In this document: piece after piece, positions 18,805 through 26,923 of the stretch
How positions within the stretch are numbered: the first letter of the stretch is position 1
Layout of the letters: every line of letters starts with the position of its first letter
NCBI GenBank assembly: GCA_017528205.1
Contig: JAFXPE010000032.1
Span: 225,517 to 289,516, forward strand
Direction of reading: 5' to 3'
Length of the DNA stretch: 64,000 nucleotides
Source: Alphaproteobacteria bacterium
Lineage (GTDB): Bacteria > Pseudomonadota > Alphaproteobacteria > RF32 > CAG-239
The notes under the pieces: model-generated
The model's database searches: none
Seen by the model: only the letters and a program-made list of their open reading frames with translations
Told to the model about the DNA's origin: nothing
Made by a program: the position numbers and the translations under genes

Positions 18805-20409
18805 TCAAAACTTATACCACGGATTGCCGACGCGTCGCGACGCCTCTATCCGTTCTTCGTCTGATGAATATCGCACATTTCTAATAATAAAAGAGTTTGG
18901 TTCTCTATCCGTAAAAATTATGTTAATTTTTTTCGGTTCTACACCGTTATCGGCAAAAATCTTATACAGCATAGTCAGACGCTTTTGTTGTATGGCGCGT
19001 GAAGCCGAGCGGTCCACACGGATTTCAACCACAACGTTTTCGTGTTGCACGGCGTTGTCGGCAAAAGCGTGGAGCCAATCAAGAGTTTGGCCGGAAATTT
19101 CGGCGCGATTCGGTTGAAACGCCAATTTAAGCTCGGTCGGCATAATATCTTTGTCCTTATCGCCGAGCAGGCGTTGAAAAATTGATCCCCCGCGATTTTC
19201 CGACGATTTGTCTTTGCCTTTTTTTGCAGAAGAAGAAGTTATATCGGAAGCCTTATCTTTTATGCCGGCAAACCACGCGGAAATGCTGTCTTTGAAACTC
19301 TGCGACGTTTGTTCGTCTTCAAGCTCGTCTTCCTCCGGCTCTTCGTCAAAATCTTTTTCGTCATCGATACTCGGAATGGCGTCTGATGAGCCGGATTTAT
19401 TTTTGGTGGCTTTGGCCTTATCCGCATCTTCTTCAAGCGGCGGAAGTTTATTTTTGGCCCGCAATTCTTCTTCCAAACGCAGATTCTCTTCCGAAGTTGA
19501 AAATTGCGGTGTCAGATTTTCGTCGTTCAAAATATCTTCCGGAATCGGAATTAAGATATTTTGTTGCATCTTATAAGCCGTCTGGGTTTCAGCCTCGGCA
19601 TCCGGCAGGCTGACATCTTTTTCCAAAACATCGCTTTGTGTTGCCAAAGTGTTTTTGCTAATATGCTTATTGGCCACTTCGGCTACTGCCCACGGATTGT
19701 CGTCATCTTCCGCATTGGCGGATATTTCCGTGTTTTCTTCGCCGGTTTCGGATTTGTTTTTTTCTTCACTCGCGCTGAGCGGCTCGGTAATTTCTGCCTG
19801 ATTTTCCGCGCCCATATTGTAAATGCTGACATTTTTGGAAGCCAGAGCAATTTGTCCCTTATCTGCCTGATCCGAAACGGTAACCACTCCGTTTTCGGTT
19901 TTGTAATTGTGCTTAAGCGGAATTGCAAACACCGGCGCGGTTGAAGCATCGGCAATCTGCAGTTCTTCTTCTGTTGCGGTTTCTTCGTTTTCTTCCTGAA
20001 CAATCAACTCGGAAACGGAATTTTCTTCTGCCGTAACAACAGCAGTGTCCGCAACGCTGTTTTCCGTATTATCCGCCAAATTTTCCTCAACTTCGTCGGA
20101 AGCATACAAAATAGTGTCGCCGTTGATGGTGGAATTGTCGACCGTGTTCAAATCTTCAAAAGTATAGTGCTCGGCATTTTCGCTCAAAGGCGTGTCGGCG
20201 GCAGAAAGTTTTTTGAACTTCTCATAAATCGGATCGCTTTCTTCATTGGCCGCAAAAAGCTCTATATTTCTGGTTTCCATTCCGGCCAGTTGTGCTTCTT
20301 CCTGTTGCTCGTTCAGCGACATAACGATATACGCTTTCGAGGCGATAAACACTGCTGCTATCGAAAGAAAAAAACTACCCGCAAAATATTTCAATCCCAA
20401 TTTTGGCAT
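18805..20409 (-). CDS. Membrane-anchored acidic protein; first gene of the minus-strand pilus operon
   Basis: The likely start is MPKLGLKYFAGSFFLSIAAVFIASKAYIV (ATG 20407-20409, with RBS agga). It has a long D/E-rich middle and a conserved-looking C-terminal domain (…ENVVVEIRVDRSASRAIQQKRLTMLYKIFADNGVEPKKINIIF…). Confidence 0.4.
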   Translation of the reverse strand: MPKLGLKYFAGSFFLSIAAVFIASKAYIVMSLNEQQEEAQLAGMETRNIELFAANEESDPIYEKFKKLSAADTPLSENAEHYTFEDLNTVDNSTINGDTILYASDEVEENLADNTENSVADTAVVTAEENSVSELIVQEENEETATEEELQIADASTAPVFAIPLKHNYKTENGVVTVSDQADKGQIALASKNVSIYNMGAENQAEITEPLSASEEKNKSETGEENTEISANAEDDDNPWAVAEVANKHISKNTLATQSDVLEKDVSLPDAEAETQTAYKMQQNILIPIPEDILNDENLTPQFSTSEENLRLEEELRAKNKLPPLEEDADKAKATKNKSGSSDAIPSIDDEKDFDEEPEEDELEDEQTSQSFKDSISAWFAGIKDKASDITSSSAKKGKDKSSENRGGSIFQRLLGDKDKDIMPTELKLAFQPNRAEISGQTLDWLHAFADNAVQHENVVVEIRVDRSASRAIQQKRLTMLYKIFADNGVEPKKINIIFTDREPNSFIIRNVRYSSDEERIEASRRVGNPWYKF

Positions 20410-20671
20410 ATTAAAATCCTGTTGAATCAATGCAAACCGCCGTTTTTAGGCGACAGTTATCCCACTCTTTTGGTTGAAGATACAACGGATAATGTTAAAA
20501 TACCGTTAATAGGCGGAATAAAGTTGCACAACGCCTAAAAAAACACTTTGCAAAATGCAGCAAATATAATTTTTACGATTTATTTACCAAATTCATATAA
20601 TAATAACGTGTATTTTTATAATGCACATCGTGTGAACCGTCGAATAAATAGGAAAAAACGGACGATTGTTC

Positions 20672-20745
20672 GCTGTAACAAAAATGTAACAAAAATTTTG
20701 TACAAATTTGCTTTAAAGTGTGTTACTATAAAATTGTGATAGAAT
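20672..20745. promoter_or_regulatory. Divergent control region between the pilus and T4SS operons. It contains a repeated TGTAACAAAAAT motif plus inverted GTGTGTTAC, and -10-like TATAAAAT / TAGAAT.
   Basis: ctgtaacaaaaatgtaacaaaaatttt...gtgtgttacTATAAAATtgtgaTAGAATg. The same TGTAACAAAAATTTAACACACA element recurs at 25195 and 26070. Confidence 0.35.
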
Positions 20746-20762
20746 GAAAAGGGAGAAATAAC

Positions 20763-21116
20763 ATGAAATTCTTAAAAAATAATATCTGCTCAATAATGAT
20801 GATGGCACTTGTTTTTTCTGTTGCTATGATTGGTGATGCATCTGCTCAGGCAGGTCTTGGTCAGAGCGGTTCGGTGTTCCAAGTTGCCGGCAATAAATTG
20901 CTGCAATTGTTCAACGATTCCAAGATGATCCTGTTCATTATTGGTGGTTTCGGCTTGATTGCACTTGCCTTCCAAGCTATTTTCGGAAAAGTAAAATGGG
21001 CATGGTTTGCTGCTTTGGCCTTTGGTTTGGCAGTAATCGCCGCTGCCGGTGCCGTAATTAAATACGCTTCAAACACGGACGGTAATACCAGCAGCTTTAA
21101 CGATAGCTTGCACTAA
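20763..21116 (+). CDS. virB2: VirB2/TrbC-like T4SS pilin, paralogue 1
   Basis: Length is 117 aa. It has a signal peptide and two hydrophobic helices separated by a short loop (…KMILFIIGGFGLIALAFQAIFGKVKWAWFAALAFGLAVIAAAGAVIKY…). An RBS gggag precedes it. Confidence 0.6.
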   Translation: MKFLKNNICSIMMMALVFSVAMIGDASAQAGLGQSGSVFQVAGNKLLQLFNDSKMILFIIGGFGLIALAFQAIFGKVKWAWFAALAFGLAVIAAAGAVIKYASNTDGNTSSFNDSLH

Positions 21117-21157
21117 TCTTAAGTCAAATTATGCAACAAACGTTGCAAATACGTTTT

Positions 21158-21186
21158 CAATCTGCGGGAGAGAGTTTATGCTTTCT
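21158..21186 (+). terminator. Stem-loop (GGGAGAGAgtttatgcTTTCTCCC) between pilin paralogues 1 and 2; a possible partial terminator or attenuator
   Basis: It is an imperfect 8-bp stem with no clear T-run. Confidence 0.25.
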
Positions 21187-21212
21187 CCCTCAGGTTGAAG
21201 AAAGGAGGCCCG

Positions 21213-21557
21213 ATGTTGTACATTAAAATAAAGAACTTCTTATACAATAACCGCCGCGTGATTGCGTTGGTTCTTTCTTTATTTTTATACACAATGGACG
21301 CCTTTGCTGCCGACGCCGCCGGCGGTACTTTTACCGCTTTGATTACAGCAGCTAAGGCAATTTTCCAAGGTTTGCGGCAAATTATATATCCGGCAGCCAC
21401 CATCGGTATTGCCTCGGTTTGTATTGCCGGTATGTTCGGTAGTTTTAACTGGAAATGGTTTATTGCTATTTTAATCGGTGTGTTTATCATCGCTTATGCC
21501 GAATACACGGGGGCGCTCGCAACCGATAGCGTTGCAGATTTGGGTGATAACAATTAA
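21213..21557 (+). CDS. virB2: VirB2/TrbC-like T4SS pilin, paralogue 2
   Basis: MLYIKIK...RRVIALVLSLFLYTMDAFAADAAGG...ATIGIASVCIAGMFGSFNWKWFIAILIGVFIIAYAEY. The RBS is aggagg. An alternative start ATG at 21195 is possible. Confidence 0.55.
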   Translation: MLYIKIKNFLYNNRRVIALVLSLFLYTMDAFAADAAGGTFTALITAAKAIFQGLRQIIYPAATIGIASVCIAGMFGSFNWKWFIAILIGVFIIAYAEYTGALATDSVADLGDNN

Positions 21558-21571
21558 GAAGGAGGATGCTG

Positions 21572-21955
21572 ATGATGAAACGTTTTCCTTTATTTTTAGC
21601 AACTTTGCTTATTGCGCTGTTTGCAACCAGCGGAGCTTATGCTGACGGCGGCGGTGATATTTTCGGCAAATTGGCGGACAAAGCCTGGACCGTCGGTGCC
21701 GGTTTGCGCGAAGCCGGTTTTATTATTGCCGGATTGGGGTTGATTGTTTTTTCGTTTATGGCTATTTTCAATAAAATATCGTGGAAGACATTAGCCTATA
21801 TAATGATGAGCACTTTTATTTTAACGGCCACGGTGGCAGTAATAAACTATGTTTCCGACGGCAAGGCAAAAATTGATCAACCGGATTTTTCCGGACCTGG
21901 CCAAGTAAAAAGCGGAGGTACGGATAATGTGGTTCGCAATCCGGTTTCAAAATAA
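21572..21955 (+). CDS. virB2: VirB2/TrbC-like T4SS pilin, paralogue 3
   Basis: MMKRFPLFLATLLIALFATSGAYADGGG...AGFIIAGLGLIVFSFMAIFNKISWKTLAYIMMSTFILTATVAVINY. The RBS is aaggagg. Confidence 0.55.
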   Translation: MMKRFPLFLATLLIALFATSGAYADGGGDIFGKLADKAWTVGAGLREAGFIIAGLGLIVFSFMAIFNKISWKTLAYIMMSTFILTATVAVINYVSDGKAKIDQPDFSGPGQVKSGGTDNVVRNPVSK

Positions 21956-22036
21956 ACGGAGGCCGTATTAGAAACTAAAAAAAGAGCACGAATATTTTAC
22001 ACAAGCAGAGTTTAAACAGCAAAGAGAAAAGTGGGC

Positions 22037-22480
22037 ATGAGAATTATTCTTTTTTTATTTTTAATTTGTTTTTCAATCGCACCGGCATACGCATATAAAG
22101 AAGATAATCGTGCCGGAGAAGCACAGGCTACGGCAGGCGAGCAAAACACAAATTTATACCGCTTAAACAGCAAAGGTAAAATTGCCCTCAAAAAATTAAA
22201 ACAAGCATCGGAATATGTAGAACGTTCGAAAGCGGCCGGCAAAACGGTAAAGGCCTCGGCGATTGAAGATTTGTTGCTTTCCGGCAAAGCGGAAGACGAA
22301 AAAATGGAGATAAATCGCTTAACCGAAGCCGCGGCCAAACAAATCGAAAAGCCTTTGCAGTTAAAAGTTGCCGAAAATCATGCCGTTTATGAAACCATTG
22401 CGCAGATGCAGGCTTCGCAAATAAAAGATAAGCAAATTGCGAAAACCTTGGCTCAGCAACTCGGGAGAACAAAAAAATGA
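22037..22480 (+). CDS. Small secreted protein of unknown function; its stop overlaps the virB3 start (ATGA)
   Basis: The signal peptide is MRIILFLFLICFSIAPAYA. The remainder is hydrophilic and K/A/E-rich. Confidence 0.4.
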   Translation: MRIILFLFLICFSIAPAYAYKEDNRAGEAQATAGEQNTNLYRLNSKGKIALKKLKQASEYVERSKAAGKTVKASAIEDLLLSGKAEDEKMEINRLTEAAAKQIEKPLQLKVAENHAVYETIAQMQASQIKDKQIAKTLAQQLGRTKK

Positions 22481-22767
22481 GGGCGGAAATCTTAAAAGCC
22501 GTGGCTCAGCCGCCGAAAGTTTTGTGGGCACCGATGGTTCCGGCAATCATAAATTTGGGCATTCAGTTTCCGATGATGTTTATAGGGATAGGCATTGCCG
22601 ATGCCAACCCGCTGTTTTTTATCGTGTTGATTATAACGGCGCATGTAGCGTTGGTTTTTGCCGGCTTAAAAGAACCGCATTTATCCACCATGCTTCAGGC
22701 TTACGGACAAACCCGTATCATCACCACAAATTTGTACTCGGTCAGAGGGAGTAAATTCGAGCCATGA
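22477..22767 (+). CDS. virB3: VirB3-like inner-membrane protein
   Basis: Length is 96 aa. The sequence ...KVLWAPMVPAIINLGIQFPMMFIGIGIADANPLFFIVLIITAHVALVFAGLKEPHLSTMLQAYGQ... shows the VirB3 topology and the K(D/E)P motif. It lies directly upstream of, and overlaps, virB4. Confidence 0.6.
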   Translation: MRAEILKAVAQPPKVLWAPMVPAIINLGIQFPMMFIGIGIADANPLFFIVLIITAHVALVFAGLKEPHLSTMLQAYGQTRIITTNLYSVRGSKFEP

Positions 22768-25193
22768 ATGAATACGATTTTTTTAACTTGTTTGTGCGCG
22801 GACTGAATAACATAGAGGTTATTGTCGCTCTTATCGGTATTGCGTCGGCGGCTTCTTTTGCGGTTTTGTTGGCCACAAAATTCGGTAACTGGGTGTTGCC
22901 GCAACCGCGCGAATCTCGGGTGTCGGATTTTCTGCCTTTTCAAAAACTGATGTCCGACGGAGTAACAATTCAATGCCGCAACAATTCTTATGCACGCGTT
23001 TTCCGGCTTGAAGGCGTGGATTTATCTTCAGCCACCAATGAAAAAGTATATTCAATGATGGAAGCGCGAAAATCTTGGCTTGACGATATGGCCAATATGC
23101 AGGTAATTTGCCGCGTTATGACCACCCGCGACCATGACACTCTGGAAAGTGAAAAACGCGATTTCAACAATCCGCTTTTGGATACCATTTCGCAAATTTG
23201 GTTCAACAATATGAATCGGGTGTATGACAATAAACACTATATTATATTGTCGGTGGCCGACCGCAAAGATGCCTTAAAAGACCTTAATTATGCGTCACAA
23301 AGTTTGCTTTCAACCTTGGGCGAATATGGCGTCAGTCCGCTTTATGAAACCGATAACAGCAAGCCGGAAGACAGTCCGTTTTATTTGTTTGCGCATTTAT
23401 GCAGCCCGATTTCGCAACCAACGCCGAAAGTGCGTGATACGGAAGGCGCAAGACTTTGTGAATTGCTTACCGGCGACCATATTCACTTTACGCAAGAAGA
23501 AGGAATTATTCACTTCTTTTCCGGCGATAAAGATTTGTATGAAATAGCTTTGGGTATTCGCTCCAGCGGTGAGGCCATGGACGAAAGTATGATTTATTCG
23601 CTGAACGCGATAGATTGCGAATTGGTTTTGTTGCATAACATTCGCCCATTGTTCAGAGCAGAGGCTCGCGCTTTGTTGATGCAACAACAGCGTATGGCCA
23701 TGACCACCAGTTTGTCCGGCGGCGTGGTGGAACAATATTCCGAAGCATTGGCCGCAATCGATGATAGCGACAACGATTATCAATCATTGGCCGAATACGC
23801 TTTAACTATTATCGCCAAGGGACATTCCAAAGAGGAATTGGATTTTGCCGAATCGGAAGTACAACGTATTTGCCGTTCGTTTGGCGTAACTCCGGTGCGC
23901 GAAGGCTGGGTAGCACAGGCCGTGTTCTTTACACAATTCCCGACATATGACACTTATCCGCGGACATACCGCTATTTGTCGCGAGTTATTGCCATGGCCA
24001 TAACCATGGATAAGCCGGCGGAAGGTTTCGGCAAAAGTGACTGGGGCAAGGGCGCAATCACGGTATTCCGTACTATGTCCGGTTCTGCATATCGTTTTCA
24101 ATTCCATGTCAGCAGCGAAGAATCTGCGGTGGCCCACTGTTGCATTGTCGGTCCTACCGGACAAGGTAAAACAACTTTGCTGACGTTTTTGGCCGGACAA
24201 GCGATGCGCCACGGCGATTTGCGCGTGTTCTTCTTTGACCGCCACTTGGGTGCGCAAATATTTACTCGTGCCGTAAAAGGTGCGTATGTCGGCTTTGACG
24301 GCGATGAAAAGAACGTTTCGCTGAACCCGTTTGACTGTGCGAACACCTCGGAAAACAGAGCATTTTTACGGCGGTGGCTGAAGTCGATTACCATGGTTGA
24401 TGACGCTTTGGCCGATCGCGAAGTGGCGCGTGCCGTAACCACGGCATTTGACTACTTGCGACCGGAAGAACGTTTGCTTTCCAACTTATATAAGAGCTGT
24501 TTTTCGCCAACCGGAAATATGCGTCGTGAGCTTTATCGTTGGGTAAATCCGGATCAGTACGGCGCGATTTTTAACGGCCAAGACGATAGTTTGGATTTGA
24601 AGAGCCGTCGCTTTATGGCCTTTGACTTTACGCATATTTTTGAAGATGAAAACCTGGCTCCGGCCGTTATCAGTTACATCATGCACCGTATTCAATCCGA
24701 AACCGGCGAAACCGGCGTTCCGTCGCTGATTATGATTGATGAAACGGCGCCGATGTTGAAGCACCCGATGTTTAGAGATTATTTCATCATCGGTTTGCAA
24801 GAAGGTCGTAAAAAACGTCAGGCTTACCTCTGCGCTTTCCAACAGCCGAATATTGTTGATAAATTGGGCGTCGGCGAGGTTATTCGCGGTCAATGCCAAA
24901 CGGTTATTTTCTTCCGCAACCCGCAAGCCCAACCTGATGACTATGCTAACTGGAATTTGACGCAAAATGAATTGGACTTCATCTTCGGTAAGAGCTATCG
25001 TGATTTTCCGTATGCCATATTGCTGTCGCGTCCGGTGACCGGTGAATCGGTGATTTTGGACGTTGATTTGAGCGGTTTGGGCAAATATCTGCGTATTTAC
25101 AATTCCGGCCGTAAAAACGTGTTGTTGGTACAGCAACTGATAAAAGAATACGGAGAAGACGGTTTCTTAACCAAGTACCTTGATATAGCATAA
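22764..25193 (+). CDS. virB4: VirB4/TrbE/CagE-family T4SS ATPase
   Basis: Length is 809 aa. Walker A is GPTGQGKTT and Walker B is SLIMIDETAP. An N-terminal TM segment is present. Size and organisation are typical of VirB4. Confidence 0.9.
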   Translation: MNEYDFFNLFVRGLNNIEVIVALIGIASAASFAVLLATKFGNWVLPQPRESRVSDFLPFQKLMSDGVTIQCRNNSYARVFRLEGVDLSSATNEKVYSMMEARKSWLDDMANMQVICRVMTTRDHDTLESEKRDFNNPLLDTISQIWFNNMNRVYDNKHYIILSVADRKDALKDLNYASQSLLSTLGEYGVSPLYETDNSKPEDSPFYLFAHLCSPISQPTPKVRDTEGARLCELLTGDHIHFTQEEGIIHFFSGDKDLYEIALGIRSSGEAMDESMIYSLNAIDCELVLLHNIRPLFRAEARALLMQQQRMAMTTSLSGGVVEQYSEALAAIDDSDNDYQSLAEYALTIIAKGHSKEELDFAESEVQRICRSFGVTPVREGWVAQAVFFTQFPTYDTYPRTYRYLSRVIAMAITMDKPAEGFGKSDWGKGAITVFRTMSGSAYRFQFHVSSEESAVAHCCIVGPTGQGKTTLLTFLAGQAMRHGDLRVFFFDRHLGAQIFTRAVKGAYVGFDGDEKNVSLNPFDCANTSENRAFLRRWLKSITMVDDALADREVARAVTTAFDYLRPEERLLSNLYKSCFSPTGNMRRELYRWVNPDQYGAIFNGQDDSLDLKSRRFMAFDFTHIFEDENLAPAVISYIMHRIQSETGETGVPSLIMIDETAPMLKHPMFRDYFIIGLQEGRKKRQAYLCAFQQPNIVDKLGVGEVIRGQCQTVIFFRNPQAQPDDYANWNLTQNELDFIFGKSYRDFPYAILLSRPVTGESVILDVDLSGLGKYLRIYNSGRKNVLLVQQLIKEYGEDGFLTKYLDIA

Positions 25194-25194
25194 A

Positions 25195-25240
25195 AAATGT
25201 AACAAAAATTTAACACACAGCGCGCAATTAGTGTGTTACA
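25195..25240 (+). promoter_or_regulatory. Conserved 26-nt element AAAATGTAACAAAAATTTAACACACA followed by inverted TGTGTTACA, upstream of secreted-protein paralogue A
   Basis: It is identical to 26070-26095 and related to 20672-20697. Confidence 0.35.
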
Positions 25241-25272
25241 CTAAAACAAGGTAGGAATGTATGGAGGTTATC

Positions 25273-25959
25273 ATGACGGCGTTGAAAAAAAATCTGAAAT
25301 TCATAGCGGTTTTAGCCCTTATGATAACATTAAATTCCGGCCGCGCGGAAGCATTTATCAACTTTGATATTCAGCGCGTAGGCTCGGCGATTATGAACGG
25401 TTTGCAACAAGGTCTGCAAATCAAAAACGAAATAGACAGCAACATTGCAATGATTAAAGAGGCGCAATCCCGCGGTTACGCTCAGGCGGCGCAAGACTTG
25501 TTCGGCAAAGTCAAAAACGGAGATTTTGACCAATTCGGAGAAAATTTGAAAGGCTTACAAGATAGTGCCTTTGATGCAACGCACAGCGCCCAAGCGGTTG
25601 AGCAACGCAAGGCCAAAGAAGAGGAAGATCGCAAGGCCAAAATGGAAGAAATGCTTAGACAGGAAGAAGAGGCCAGAAAAGCTGCGGAAAGCAGTTCGGA
25701 TGCCGCACATTCCGAGGCCAAAGCCAAGGAACCTTTCTGGAAAAAAACTTTCAATTGGCTGAAAGATAGGCGTTCTGCCGCAGAGACCGGAGCCAATGCC
25801 TTCAACAGCGCCAAAAGCGGTGATGTGGCCGGCGCTTTGCGTAATGCCGGCGGAAGTGTCGGAACTGTGGTCGGCGGAGAAAACGGCCAAGGTATCGGCA
25901 TGCTGGGCAATATGGCAGGCGACGGCACAAATGCCGTTAACAACGGTCTGAGAAATTAA
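25273..25959 (+). CDS. Secreted helical protein in the VirB5 position (VirB5/TraC-like candidate), paralogue A
   Basis: The start is MTALKKNLKFIAVLALMITLNSGRAEAF, with RBS ggagg 7 nt upstream. Length is about 228 aa and the protein is predicted helical. The C-terminal tail is Gly/Asn-rich. Confidence 0.35.
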   Translation: MTALKKNLKFIAVLALMITLNSGRAEAFINFDIQRVGSAIMNGLQQGLQIKNEIDSNIAMIKEAQSRGYAQAAQDLFGKVKNGDFDQFGENLKGLQDSAFDATHSAQAVEQRKAKEEEDRKAKMEEMLRQEEEARKAAESSSDAAHSEAKAKEPFWKKTFNWLKDRRSAAETGANAFNSAKSGDVAGALRNAGGSVGTVVGGENGQGIGMLGNMAGDGTNAVNNGLRN

Positions 25960-26069
25960 TCAATTCGACATCTGGGTAAAAAAGTAAATGTCTGGTCCTA
26001 AACAGATATAAATTTTTGACAACAAAAAAGTGACAAAAAATCCCCAAAATTAAGTACCTTAATGCAATT

Positions 26070-26130
26070 AAAATGTAACAAAAATTTAACACACACCGTG
26101 TAAAAATTATGCTATGGTAAAATTAGCGAG
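26070..26130 (+). promoter_or_regulatory. Second copy of the 26-nt TGTAACA element, plus a -10-like TATGCT / TAAAAT, upstream of paralogue B
   Basis: aaaatgtaacaaaaatttaacacacaccgtgtaaaaattatgctatggtaaaatt. Confidence 0.3.
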
Positions 26131-26159
26131 GAATTGTATGGAGGTTATCATGATGGCTA

Positions 26160-26875
26160 CAAGGAGAAAAATTGGAATTATATCGGTTTTCGCCATTGTG
26201 ATAGCATTGGCGTCCGGTCGGGCAAATGCCTTTCCGCTGGTGTGGAGCGATGTGGAACGCCTCGGAACGGAAGTGCTGAACGGCATACAACAAGTTTCAC
26301 AAATCAAAAACGAAATCGACAGTAATATGGCACTGATTAAAGAAGCACAAGAGCGCGGCTATGCGGCCGCGGCCAACGATTTAATCGGTAAAATTCAAAA
26401 CGGAGATTTTGACCGTTTCGGCAACCAACTGGGCGGTTTGGGCGACACCGCATTTAATGCAACGCACGGTGCAAAAGCGGTAGAGGAACGCAATGCCAAA
26501 AGAGAAGAAGAAGCCAAAAAAGCGGCGGAAAATGCCGCCAACGGCCAAAACAACGAAGTGTTTGGAAAAAAGATATACAATTGGCTGAAAGACAATCGCA
26601 CGACAACGAATGCCGGATTTAACACCTTAAACAATATTCAAAGCGGCGACGTGGCAAATGCGTTGCGCAATGCTACCGGCGGAGCCGAAAGCGCTCTCGG
26701 TGACAATGTTCAAGGCCTTGGAACCATAGGCAGTATGGGCGGTGCCGCAACGGATATTATCAACAGAAGCGGCAATGTCAGCGATGCTGTTGCCAACACG
26801 GCAAATAACAGAGAATTAAAAGGCGCCATCGATTCAATTCCGGCAAAAGATAATTCCGGCGGTGGAACCAACTGA
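26160..26875 (+). CDS. Secreted protein, paralogue B of 25273..25959
   Basis: MMATRRKIGIISVFAIVIALASGRANAF... It is collinear with paralogue A (…LNGIQQVSQIKNEIDSNMALIKEAQERGYAAAANDL.GKIQNGDFD.FG…). The RBS is ggagg. Confidence 0.35.
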
Positions 26876-26923
26876 GAATAACAACAAAACAGGATGCTTA
26901 TAATTTTTAATAGAAAGGAATGT

